NCBI RefSeq assembly: GCF_000150275.1
Contig: NW_002060947.1
Span: 6,026,286-6,090,285 of the forward strand
Origin: Trichoplax adhaerens
Lineage: Eukaryota > Animalia > Placozoa
DNA length: 64,000 bases
Direction: 5' to 3'
Positions 22,751 to 35,486 of this stretch are shown in pieces; position 1 is the stretch's first letter, and each line of letters starts with the position of its first letter. Position numbers and translations under genes: made by a program. The notes below the pieces were generated by a model. The model saw only the letters and a program-made list of their open reading frames with translations. It searched no databases and was not told where the DNA came from.

Positions 22751-23771
22751 TTTCCATGGCATTGATAGAAACAGGGCAGTGTTCAATGTGTCAGCAAATT
22801 ATTCCATTGATTGCTTAGAATATGAGTAAATCCAAACAGCCCAGATATTGACTATGGTATTCATCATACAAGTTGATGGTATGACCTATTTACAGCCCTA
22901 GAAGAAAAATACATGTCGACCATATGTTTGCCCAGATGATTGTATTCTCGTTATGAAAGACATGATTGATTACTCATTAAATCAATCACTATGTGACAAG
23001 TCTATCATTAGTTTTAATCACGTTATAGGCAGAGGATTTTGGCCTTGGACAAGTAATAAATACTTTAGCCTATGCCTTTGTCTCCAACTTGTCTATTTGC
23101 TTGATGATTTATTCTTGAGCCAATGAGGCATAACGCAATCCCCGTTAATCAATAGGCGTAGACCATGTATCTAAAGATAGAAGGTGTAGTCAATCTTGCC
23201 TAATCTTGAAGAAAATTGGTAGGATAACAACAGATGCAGAAATCCAATTTAGTAGAGGAGAAAAGCAATCACCTAAAAGCCTGAAGCTTCTTGGTAATAC
23301 AAGTATCATTTTTGCATATTTATGCACGCCATTTTTGGTGTAGATGAATAGAATTGATTAACGAATAGAGAGACTGCAATTAGCTGAAGTAAACGAATCA
23401 ACATATCTTCCTTGACGGCCTTTTTGTCCAGTTATTCATCGTCCAATTGAAATATCTCCAATGATACCCTCTGCTTTCTTAGCTAACCTAATCCAGTAAA
23501 TAACTTTACATTTAAAGAATTTTTAACCATTGCTCACTTCCTCCATCGTGTCTATCTTTGTTTCATTAAGTAGCAATATTAGTATCCAATTTTTTTCTAT
23601 CCTTATTATATTCGCTGCTACAATATGGATTTATCCTATTTTGCTTCCATCTCGTAACAACAGAGTGACGGCTTTATTGAGAACGATAACACTATCTTCT
23701 ATGCGATCTTATTCAGAACTTCGTAAAAAATTAACTTAGCATTCATTCTTGATACCATAACCAGTTTAGCC

Positions 23772-24497
23772 ATGCTACCTATTAACCCGTATCTCTGTAT
23801 TGGCGATATTATTCACACGATTGCCATTTTATACCTCGTTGTAGCGATCAATTGGTGGGAAAGTTGCAGTAGTATCTCATTAAAATGTCAATTATTGCAA
23901 TGTACCGCTTTGGTATTACGCTATTTAGATATTTGGTTTATATCATACACATCACTTTATCTTGCAATCGTCAATATGTCCATCTTATTGCTCAGCTTAG
24001 CGACATCATTTTCAATCGCTGCACGCTATCCAGTAGGCTATGATGTAGGCGAAGATGATTTTCCAGCAAGTTATTTACTTCTAATTTCCATTATACTTGG
24101 TTTTGCTTTAACACGTTATATCGATGTAGTAGAAATATGCTATTCTATTTCACATATATTAGAAGCTATCGCCATTTTACCACAATTACGGATATGTCGT
24201 AATCGTGGTGAATCCAAAGCTGTTATTCGCCACTATTTAATATTACTTGCCTTTTACAAGACCATGTATGTCTTAAATTGGCTGTATAAATATATTCAAT
24301 GGCATGATTATTATATCACTAAAAATATTGCCGGCTTTGTACAAATTGCAATCTATTATTATGGTATAAAAATGTTGTATAGTGATGAGGTTGTCTTTTA
24401 CGATCGATGGAATATCTCCCAATGGACAAGTAAGCTAACATGTAGGCTCCATCTTCGACGAAAATCAACTTTGATCAACAAAGCTGAAAAGGCTTAA
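23772..24497 (+). CDS. ER lumen protein-retaining (KDEL/ERD2) receptor-like protein 2, intronless, highly divergent
   Basis: IGDIIH, SCSSISLKCQ, LRYLD, ILEAIAILPQL, RGES..VIRHY, LAFYKTMY..NW. Shares the tail KMLYSD(Q/E)VVFYDR with paralog 1. Confidence 0.88.
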   Translation: MLPINPYLCIGDIIHTIAILYLVVAINWWESCSSISLKCQLLQCTALVLRYLDIWFISYTSLYLAIVNMSILLLSLATSFSIAARYPVGYDVGEDDFPASYLLLISIILGFALTRYIDVVEICYSISHILEAIAILPQLRICRNRGESKAVIRHYLILLAFYKTMYVLNWLYKYIQWHDYYITKNIAGFVQIAIYYYGIKMLYSDEVVFYDRWNISQWTSKLTCRLHLRRKSTLINKAEKA

Positions 24498-25730
24498 TAG
24501 ACTTATAACTACTCGGCTACGACAATTTTAGATTAAAATAGAAAGGCTGCTGTACAAATATCCAACGTGGTTTATTTCCTTAGTCCTTCCTTATTGATGC
24601 AATGGAGGTACCACAGATCAATTTTTCCCTGATAGGTTGAATTCAGGCCAAAATTCTGCAAGTTAGATGTCATTGGTTGGATAAAGAGAGTATTTTTTTC
24701 AAGAGTAGATTGGCCAATTAAAAGCTCGATCAAGATCGTGGATCGCTAGCGTATACTGTTAAGATTAAGTTTTTGTAATACTACTACTAGTCTTTATACT
24801 ACAGTTGGTCTTATCCAAGCAACTAATTTTATGTGGGAAATCGAGATAAAGCCAATCGTCCTCATATTACTTGAATTAAAGTAGCCAAAGCTATCAAAAT
24901 ATGGATAATCGTTTTGCAATTTCGATATCACAATGATGGCGAATCATCTCAACAAAGCGTTGAACTACAGGTTCTACAAAATCACCTGGTCAAAGTTTTC
25001 TAAAATAAATCCTTGATTCTATTCCACAGAGGATTCTTCTTCGCATCAGCAGCTTCATTTGAAAACTCTTACTCTTATCATTGCCTGTATTAAGTGCAGT
25101 TAATGCTAAGCTAGTTGGCTAAAGATATCTAAAATGATAACTGTCTTCTTTCTTGAGGTGGTTAATTAGTTTCAATTGAAATCTATTGAAGATACCTAAA
25201 TCTTCTTGTATATACTATCTGAAAATACTGCTAAAAAAGCATTCAAGAGCACATCATTCTTTCTTTATGTCTTGACTGCTGATTCAGTGACTTTTTATTT
25301 TTAGTCATTCTATTTTTATATTTGCTGGTTACTTATTGCTATTTCAAATTTAGAACTACGATAGGATATTACTCTATCAGTAAATCAATTCTTATGCTAA
25401 TAAAATAAACGGTACAAAATGGAATGGCATTATGTTCATAATTTTTCAGTTACGGTTTATGTCTGAGGAAGAGTAAGAAAACTTTTACACAACTTTAAAT
25501 TTAATCAAGTTGTCGTAAATGGATTTAACGAAATGTATATAAGAACTAAAGGGATGAGCTCACGAAAGGGAAAAGAGACTTCTCTTCGCTTGGAGCTCGG
25601 AATACTTTAGATTTTAGACCAGATTCTTGCAGTAATTAATTATTGCTCTACTATTCCTGAAACCTTGTAATAAAAGCCTTATAGAAAATGCCATTGACTA
25701 AGATAGTTATTGTGGGGCACTTTTATTACA

Positions 25731-26432
25731 GATTCGTCTTCCATCATGCCATAATACCAGTACGAGATTTGACAATGTCGTTAGCAAAAGGCATGCAAGA
25801 ACAGGGGTTCCTGATGAAATGATAATACTATCGTGATAATTAGACGGTTTACATGCTCAGGCAAGAAACTGAAGGAGCTGTACTAAATGATTTGTCTTCG
25901 ATCATGCTATAATATATGATTTGACAACGTCATTAGCAAAAGGTAATCAAGGATAGGGATTCCTATTGAATTGATAATTAATAATAAAATATCATACTTA
26001 GGCAGTTTACATGCTCAAGCAAGAAATTAAAGAAGCCGCACGAAACGATTTTTCTTCCGTCATGCTATAATACATGATTAGATAATATTGTTAGTAATGG
26101 GCAATCACGGACAGGGATTACTATTGAAATGATCACAGTTACAGATTACATGCTCAAGCTAGAAATTGAAGAAGCCGCACTAAACGACTCGTCTTCCATC
26201 ATGCTATAATACATGATTGGATAATGTCTTTAGCTAAAGGTAATTACGGACAGGGATTCCTATTGAAATGCTCATAGTTTGGCAGGTTACCTGCTCAAGC
26301 AAGAAATTGAAGAAGCTACACTAAATGATTCGTCTTGTATCATGCTATAATACATGAGTTAACAATATCTTTAGCAAAGAGTAATCATGGACAGGGATTC
26401 CTATTAAAAGGGTCATAGTTAGGCGGATTACA
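25731..26432. repeat. ~140-158 bp tandem repeat, 5 copies
   Basis: 'gatt.gtcttccatcatgctataatacatga..ttagcaaaa..acagggattcctattgaa..tacatgctcaagcaagaaattgaagaagc' starting at ~25731, 25889, 26047, 26187 and 26327. Confidence 0.9.
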
Positions 26433-27431
26433 TTGCTCCATCGATGGTATTATGGTCAAAATCGCCTTGCTATCGTTAGCAAAATAGGCAAAGCTACTTG
26501 TTGTATATATCTGTCAGATGAATACAAATTTAGCAACAGACTTACTGTACTTAGCGATATTACAAAACTAATGGTGAAGTAAACAGGATACAATTTATTC
26601 TAGTCCAAAATAATCCTATGGAATAATAACCAAGATCACTTTATGATCATCAAATCAAACATAAAACGTTAATTAGAAATAAATCTTGACAATTGATCTT
26701 GAAACAACATACTGTACATAGCGTACGATTGACTGACCGTTTATGGCTACACAAAATAATTCAGAGTCCAGTTATCGTTACTTGTTGTTGCAATAGAGAT
26801 CCGAAGTTATCAGGTAGGTAAAATCAACCTGTAAAACTGTACTGCTGAGTTATGATGTAGATTGTAGTGATATGACGATATAAATATAAATATTCTATTA
26901 GTGTACCATACAAATTAGCAAGAACAAGATCATCAAATGATTAATTTTTAGTACGATAAAAGTTTTAAACATCATATAGCGCCACAGCTTTCAGTATTTA
27001 CGACTGTTGACAAGTATTGTCTTGTCAACTGATGTTATTTAAAACTAGAGGCTTTTCTGTCAACAAATACGCTCCCTAAAAGTTCGATGTAATCATATGA
27101 CACCAAGCATACTTCATCAGTACCTACACTACCAGTCGTAACTGTGCCATTCAAAAAGGACTAGCTCTAATCGCATAGGACTTAAGAACATAAATTCGAT
27201 ACTATATCAAAGCTACTTTATAAATAACTATATGGTTTAAAGGCCTAAATAATCGTGTCAGCCGTGATTAAGATGACATGAATAAACAGTTAAATGATAC
27301 TTATTAAGACATTATGATTTTAAAAGCATTATTACATCAATTTTAATGACGGTGACTGTAGGGTATAACATATCCTTCAGTTTTTCGTATTTGGGTCCAA
27401 TCTGCTATTATTGTGCCAAAGTGCGTTGTAC

Positions 27432-30400
27432 TTAAGAACTTGCATTAGGCCATTGATGGGGAGGATATTCAGCAATGCTACTTTTCGGGTTATCTTTATA
27501 TGACGAATATGGGCAAAGGGTGGGATAAATATTATTTGCATATAAACATAGATTAACTACAGAACTGAAAGGATATCAGAAAGACCAAATAACATACCAA
27601 CAAAATATTGGAGCGAAGGTATGCAAAAATCAGCATATTTTTTAATTCCATTAGCCCAAAATGTATTCCATTCACACGTTCGAATACTGTCCAAATTATC
27701 ATCCGAGTCTGACGTACAATTAGGTGAGTCATAGAAGAATGATCCCCATCGTTTTGAACTGACAACTTTCTTTCGACTTTCATCCTATGACAGTCATTGC
27801 GGTCGTAAGAGTTTACTATCAACAAAGCTACTTACTGAACCATATTCACTAGAATTTAAATGTCTCAGAAAGTACAATCAATTATTTCTCAGATATATAT
27901 TGAGTATTCATTGAACCTGAGAATCTGGAAATGCTACTGGTCCAAGTTCGTCAATAATAGCTCCACATGTCCAATTTAAGAATTTTTTGGGACCAACTAT
28001 GTCGGATCGAATGCTATCGCCAAAATACATGACCTAACGTAGGGCAATTATATTACTTTGAAATAACTGAACCGATGAATAATAATCGACACAGCGAAAA
28101 ATGTGTGACTTTGCAAGTTACTTGGTCACTGTATTTGCAACTCACATTAGGGTTTTCTTCTCCTGTAGATGAGGATAAGAATTCAAGTAATCGACTACAA
28201 TGTCCCCCAATGTATACGCCATGCTCACTCCATTTTTCGTTAAAAGGGATCTTTTCATCTTTATCATTATCTTTTAAAAATACAAGACAGATTTCAAGAA
28301 CAAATTACTAATCATTTTTCCACCATTCTGTAACATAGTCAACTATTATAGCAATGATAAGCACTGTATGAATTTTCATAAAGTAAGAAAATCATAGAAC
28401 ATGGTGACCTAGATTTCATCTAGTTAACCTAAAGCATAAATGACTATTATTAATCGCCTACTAAAATATTTTTTCTACATATGGTGTAATGTGTAACTGT
28501 ACAAGCATAACAATGACGCAATATTATTAAGAAAAGCTTGCCAAAGTACATAAAGTTGTACATACTGATGAAACACTGGTGTTCGGCTTTTTTCTTTGGA
28601 TCAAAAAAGGCTAAATAGTAGCGATGATGATATAAATAGACTCATTTATTAATCGTTGTAACAAACTGTTACGGAATGTATATCACCAAACTTGAAGAAG
28701 ATTGACAGTTAATGTGTCCATGGATAACATTGAAAGTATCCCAGTTTTCTTACCTGGCTTTTTTGCATCCACAACAACAATATCAAATAATTCACGCCAC
28801 GTATCGGGACTACATGTCGGCGAATAAGTAATTAAAAATAATGAAATCAATATTATTACAGTATTTAAAAATGCAATTGTTACGAAATAGTTTACCCCAA
28901 AATATAATCCAACATTAGAGTGGCAGTTTCTACGGTCGAATAAGTGATGATAAATAGTTTCTTGCCACGTTGTTTTAAAGACTTCAAATAATTTACTAGT
29001 TTATCAGAGCAACGTTCTGCGTACTTTTCAGGCTCAGTAAATAATAACTTAAAAAACCTGCAGGTATGTTCTAAAAGAAAGAGCAAGAAATACTATACAG
29101 TTATATGTAGGGTTTATAAAAGATTTATAAACATGAAGCTTAAATCTACGAGTGAACTATTGCATGCTTTCATTCAACGTTACTATTTCATATACAGTGA
29201 ATTATAGTACGAGTAAATTGGTCCTACTTCAACTTAAAATTCTATTGGCAGTTATATATTTAACAAACATAGAAAGCGGTCAAGATCTACGAACCTTTAA
29301 AATTCTTGTAGAAAAAGACCTTAAAGACTGAATTTTGAATATTACCCCAGATCTTATATGGAGCCTTTCTTTCTTTCTAACAGGCAGAAAAAAAGTAGCT
29401 TCATCAAAGGCGTTATTCGAACTACTTTGACATATGAAATAAGCGTAGATACAAATTGTTAATAATAAATGCCATTGTAGGTATTAAAATTACTTAAGAC
29501 AACCTATACTGTAGACATCATCAGTGCATAACGTCAAAAGTCATTTGATAGATCAATTGGTTATTCTCATGCTGTCAATGATCTACCTTTGCATCTACGA
29601 AATCGATTAATCGAGCTGCAATAGCAGAAGTTGGAATTTCATAATATCCATCGAAAAAGTAGCACATATCTATAATTATAATCAAGTCCAATAGAAATCA
29701 ACAAAGCTTTCTTATACTCTTCCTGGCATATTACAGCATAATACTGCATTATCGTCCTGTATTTTATATTCTGAAGAGTAGTTGTACTTTTATTAAACTA
29801 AAGATTAGAAGAGGAAAGTTTTTTAGGTTAGGTTAAGAATATCTTTATACAGTAATTCTACAGTCTATCGGTTACTCGATAATAAATTGATTGCCGATGA
29901 TGATTAATACCCAAGTATTGAAAAATATAGTAATGTTATCATGGTCAATCTCTTAATATAATTCTAAGCAAAATAGGACGCAGTCATAAGAACAATATGG
30001 CTAGTTTTGAAAATTGCACATAGGGTAATTACCCTAGTGAAATTAGCAGACTTACTACTGTAATCATAGGTATCCTTGACATCTGCAAAGTAGGGAAATA
30101 TTCTTTCCTTTCCATAAGTAGTAGCCAGCTCATCATCGCTCATTAGCTTACTACCATGACATGCTCTATGTTAAGGAACATGAAAGAGTTTATAGCTCGA
30201 AACTACAACAGTAGGTTGGCTATTTTATTCAACTTGACATAGCATGTACTGTACAGAGTATATTCAAAATTACCTGATTATATAACCATTGTCTGCTACT
30301 TTTAGAAAGTTACCCCGATTTCGATCGAGAAAGTTGCCCTTAAAACTGATGATAATGAGTACCTTTAGCATTGAAGATTACTATCGTACTACAAGTTTAA

Positions 30401-31767
30401 CCATCGTCAATAGCCAACAAGGATACTACAAGGATAACTGTACATACCAAAAATCCATTAAATCGTCATCAAATTGAAGTAATCGTTCGTCATAGCCAAA
30501 ATCATGAACCATATGAAGTGCTATCGATTCATAAATCATCTAGATAGAATGTTGAAGAAAGCAATGGTAGCAATATCATTAGCGTAGCAACAGTCGATGA
30601 AATCATTCAAGATTTTATTGCAACTAGCATTACTATATTCGATATTCGCCTATACAAACTTAATGATGTAAAAGATGGAATCTTAGCCTATCACTGGTCT
30701 TGTTAATGGTAATACTGTAAGTTGCAATTTATGTGTAAGTGTTACGGCACTATGTTGCCTAAATCATAAGAGTTTAAGAAAGTATTAGAATATAAAGCTA
30801 TTTTTTAGATTATGGTACGGTGCGTCTACTGATTGTCAGCCTTTTAGAAGGATAGCTCTTTGGCGTAATAGTGGCAGCATGATTACTAGATCTTTGGATA
30901 GATTAGTATAATAATCTTTAGAAGCAACACAAAAAGTAAGTGCTTTACGTATTACTAGATCTCTGGATAGATTAGGATAATAATCTGTAGAAGCAACTTC
31001 AAAAAGTAAGAGCTTTACGTTAGACTAGTAAACTTGTTTGCACGTAGTCTATGACAGTATGATAAGGTAGATCAAGGGGTCTATAGCCGATGCTGCTGCA
31101 TGTTATATAATCTAGATTGCTAGAGTGTCCTATTGGAACTCTGTAGCACCGTAATTAATTATTCTAAGTAAATCATCGTAGCCTAGGACTGTGGCGAAAA
31201 GTAAATTGCGCCAATTAATCCTCTTGCTAAGGTTAAAGTGCTGAAAAACAGATTAAACAGTCCATTTCCTTCTGCCTGTGATTCTACAACTATGCGAATC
31301 CATACTATAGTGCATTAGGAGAAGAGGCAATCATATAGATGCACTGACCTATCGACGATACAGAAAAAATGGCAAATATCCATGATTCGAGAGCCTTAAA
31401 GACAGCTGCATTTTACACTATTGAACTGTTTTAGGGTTGGCTTTTATAGCCGATGATTTGATACCTTTTAGACTATGACTAGAGCCGTACACGATGAGTA
31501 AAAGTATAGTCAATTAAAGAATTTCAAAGTCAGTATGTATGGATTACTAATCAATTCTACCGTAGTGAATTATTTACAGTTATGGCTTCTCATGTCAGTG
31601 TTGAACATTAGCATGTTATTCAAGCCACAACACGCAATCGCTAGTATAATCATTACACTCTATGATTAGCTATCCCTTACCTTCATAAATGGTTCTAATT
31701 TGTATCGAATTAGAGTATGATCTAAATCGAATCCAATAGCATGAAGTGGATCCTCCAGCGTCGCCAT
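27432..31767 (-). CDS. NT5DC1: 5'-nucleotidase domain-containing protein 1 (HAD superfamily)
   Basis: MATLEDPLHAIGFDLDHTLIRY (HAD motif I), KGNFLD..RGNFLK, ACHGSK, LKQRGKKLFIITYS, WRELFDIVVVDAKKP, YFGDSIRSDI (motif IV) and a C-terminal CIPSLQ. Some internal exon boundaries are approximate. Confidence 0.85.
30881..31028. repeat. 70 bp tandem duplication (2 copies) in an NT5DC1 intron
   Basis: 'attactagatct.tggatagattag.ataataatct.tagaagcaac..aaaaagtaag.gctttacgtta' occurs twice. Confidence 0.9.
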
Positions 31768-32567
31768 TCTACTCGGACTAGGTTGAACTGGATCGTACTA
31801 AAAATAAGACAAGCACTTGAATGAATGCTTCTACCCGACTGATTAAGGGGAGTTGGCTGTCAACATTTCAAAGATGTAAACATAAACGATTTGCTATAGA
31901 GGGATAGATAGAATTTGTTTTTCCTGACTACGGCTACCACATCAGGAGTTGTCTAGGGTAAATGGATGTCTGCTGTAGACGATGCTGCACTCGATTCCGC
32001 CATAGGAAATAGGCACAGGCTGGTTTCTTTATCACTATGTTATACAATATATATGATGTCCAAGTTGTAAAGGATTAAACTATGGACTGAACTTCTTCTA
32101 CAGGATTGTATTTTATTTATTTACTCAAAACTGCATACAACCATTAGTTTTAGTGATATTGCATGGCGGAAATAGTCAAGGAGATGCCAATATAAATATC
32201 AATCTATTTAAACTAGTCTGGCAGCTGGTTAGTACACCGTTTTAAAGAGGTGATGATAGTCAACATGTCGAGGAGCTATCCAATGTAATGCTGACTTTTT
32301 TGCGACAAGCTGCTAGTAGAAATTCAAATTAGGTTCACTACCAGTTCGTCAACACTACTTTCATGGAAGATGGTCAAAGCTAGGATGCAATGCCATATTG
32401 AAGTATCTAACTCCATGCTGATCGTCACATACTGGTTTTAAAAGAAGTCGATCAAAATAGGGTTGCAAGGCCACCTTGAGTATAGTATGTACAAATTCGA
32501 GATGGAATGACTCCAAGTTCTTACTAAATCCAGTTGAGCATTTCTTGCATCAATAAGGCTTAAAGTA

Positions 32568-32998
32568 GCGAACTCCACGCTAATCGTTATACACTGGTTT
32601 TAAAAGAAGACGATCAAAATAGGGATGTAAGGCTACAGTAGCTAACTCCATGCTGATCGCTATATACTGGTTTTAAAAGAAGACGATCAAAATAGGGATG
32701 CAAGGCTACAGTAGCTAACTCCATGCTGATCGCTATATACTGGTTTTAAAAGAAGACGATCAAAATAGGGATGCAAGGCTACAGTAGCTAACTCCATGCT
32801 GATCGCTATATACTGGTTTTAAAAGAAGACGATCAAAATAGAGATGCAAGGCTACAGTAGCTAACTCCATGCTGATCGCTATATACTGGTTTTAAAAGAA
32901 GACGATCAAAATAGAGATGCAAGGCTACAGTAGCTAACTCCATGCTGATCGCTATATACTGGTTTTAAAAGAAGACGATTGAAATAGGGATGCAAGGC
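32568..32998. repeat. Near-perfect 73 bp minisatellite (about 6 units) inside a larger degenerate repeat (about 32200-33940)
   Basis: Unit gctaactccatgctgatcgctatatactggttttaaaagaagacgatcaaaatagggatgcaaggctacagta at 32641, 32714, 32787, 32860 and 32933. Older longer units with 'ccgagatggaatga..gagcat.tcttg' flank it. Confidence 0.95.
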
Positions 32999-34789
32999 CA
33001 TATTGAAATATGTACAAATCCGAGATGGAATGAATAGTCTCCAAGCTCTAACTAAATGACAACTGGTTGAGCATTTCTTGCCTATCGTTGCATTGAGACC
33101 GGATGAATATATGCAAACATTAAAGCCGTTATTACATTACTTAACTAGTCGATCATCTCTTGTACATTATTATACTTATTATTATCGTTGCAATGGTAAC
33201 GCTATAATACTTTATGCAAAGTTACCTATCCTCTGAGAACGAATGAATGCACTTTATAGACCTTATTCGATTACTCCATTAATCGAGCCTATCTTGCCCA
33301 TCTAAAAGGTAACGAAGGAGCTCGAGTCGATACTATTTGAAAAGTAGATCATGAAAATAGAACTCCTGCAATATAACATTCATCTTTCAATCAGAAATTG
33401 GATGAATGTACTTCGAGACCTTGCAGCCTTACTGCATTAATCGAGCATCTCTTGTATATTGTTGCAAAGGCAACACGCTATACGTCGATGTTCGATGAAC
33501 GAATTATTGCAGTTCTATCCACACTGTTTTTAGCAATCTGAGATTAGCTGAATGTACTTGAAGTCATTGCAGCATTACTCAACTCGTCAAGTATTGCTTG
33601 CAGAGGTAATCCTGCATGTATACTTAGGTGCTGGATAACTAGTGATGTAGTAGACTGTTTAAAAGTAGAACTGCTGCAATGCAATGTTCATCCATCCATC
33701 TGAGATTGGATGGATGTACTTCAAGCCATGACAGCATTACTCAACTTGTCGAGCATCTCTTTTTACATGCTGCGATAGGTGGTCGAGGCTTCTAGGCTCG
33801 TTCTAGCCATACAAGTAGAGTAGTACACTGTTTTCAAAAGCAGATACCATAATGCTATGTCTATGTCCAAATCCGAGATGGAAATGAACCTACTTTAGCT
33901 CATGACAGCATTCGATTATATCACTACTTCAAAACATTTCTAGCATACCGTTGTACAAGTGATACTAAAAGGAGAGCCAGCATTCAGAAGCGCCATCTTG
34001 CTAGTATGAATGGCGCGATGAAAGTTTCCTCGTAGCAGACTACTACTGGAAATAGTCCTGTATGTTGTCGCTGTATAAATCTCTCTGATCAAGCAGCAAA
34101 AAACCAATTTAGCCATGCAATCAATCAGAGCGAAAGCTTTTTCTTGACTCGTATTAAACAGACGCAAGGGATTTTATTTCATCTACTGTATAACACAAGG
34201 CTCATCATCCAAATTATGCCACCCAATTACTGAAGTGGATAGGGCAAACGTCTTGTCTATCTACGCATACAAATATAGGAATAAGCCTGTCACGATGTAG
34301 AGTAAATTAGCCATGTAACAACGATCTAAAATAAAAGATATTCCATCGTCACTTTTGGTGAATACATGGTCGAAATGGCTACAGCACGACTAGTCCATGA
34401 TCCTTTTTTACTACTTTAATCCGTTCTTACACCGCTATCAACACACATCTTCATTCTCAATCTACCACAGTAAAAATTATTATTGAACAACGACATCTCG
34501 ACTATCTGACCTTGTCAATTTCAGATGAGCACAAATAGGATAGAAAATTGGCCAATTTTAGGGCTAATCACTCCAGGAGTGGAGGGAATTGATGGAGAGA
34601 TTTTCCAGCAGGGTGGAAAAAAGCGACTGGATGTTGATCCTCCTCTCGCATATACGTCGCTAGTCATGTACCGAATCATGACCTATAAGAATTGTAGACA
34701 GACAGACTGGAAAGCATAATTTTTTCTCTACTAGTTGGAAATTCGTTGCTTGCCTATCTATCACTTTGCCCCTTCTTATTGCAAAAATC

Positions 34790-35455
34790 ATGCATCGAAT
34801 CCAATTAGCTATGTCTTTCTTGGCTATTTTACTAGCAGCGACGATAGCAATCGCTGACAAGGGCTATGATGATCCATTGGATGTCTCTATCATGGCATCG
34901 ACAAAAGAGGACGATGATCCCAATCAAGGAATGGATTTACTACAACAGCAAAATGGAGAAAATCAAAATTTATCCTTATGCTTACAACGATTACATCAAT
35001 ATTCAGTACACCATAGCCAATTTATCCAATGTGCCCTTGATAGTGGCAGTATACTCTTTCGAATGTGTCGCAATTGTGCTATCTACTATAGCCGCTTGTC
35101 ACAAAGTTATACGCAAATTATGGAGGAGAATACAACCATTAATCAACACTTTGGTCTACTGAATGGATTAAAATGTTCACAAGACTTGAAGTATTCATTT
35201 CACGTTCAAGTCCTTCTTCAGACTCATAAGCATGCCGTAGGATTATGGAAATCTTGCTCTTGCAATGGTAAACTATATCTTGATCATGTCTATTTCTATC
35301 GACTCTTGACCAGCCGTAACTTTTTTTGTCAGTACTTCGACCATTTCCCGTCTCCTGATATCCATCGTAAAATCAAGGAGTAGAAGAGTTGTTTGAAACT
35401 TACGGATATTAAGGAGAATATTCTAGTCCAGTTAAGAGTTGTACAGTCGTGTATA

Positions 35456-35486
<31 letters not shown>

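Noticed and set aside
23530-23739. Hydrophobic 69 aa ORF before KDELR-like 2
   Set aside because: TTG start and pyrimidine-rich sequence ending at an acceptor-like ccag just before the ATG; more likely intron or UTR.
31956-32002. Short ORF MAESSAASSTADIHLP upstream of NT5DC1
   Set aside because: It stops after 16 codons and I found no convincing in-phase splice to NT5DC1.
32568-32998. CRISPR-like regular repeats
   Set aside because: Units are contiguous and nearly identical with no unique spacers, there are no cas genes, and the context is eukaryotic. It is a minisatellite.
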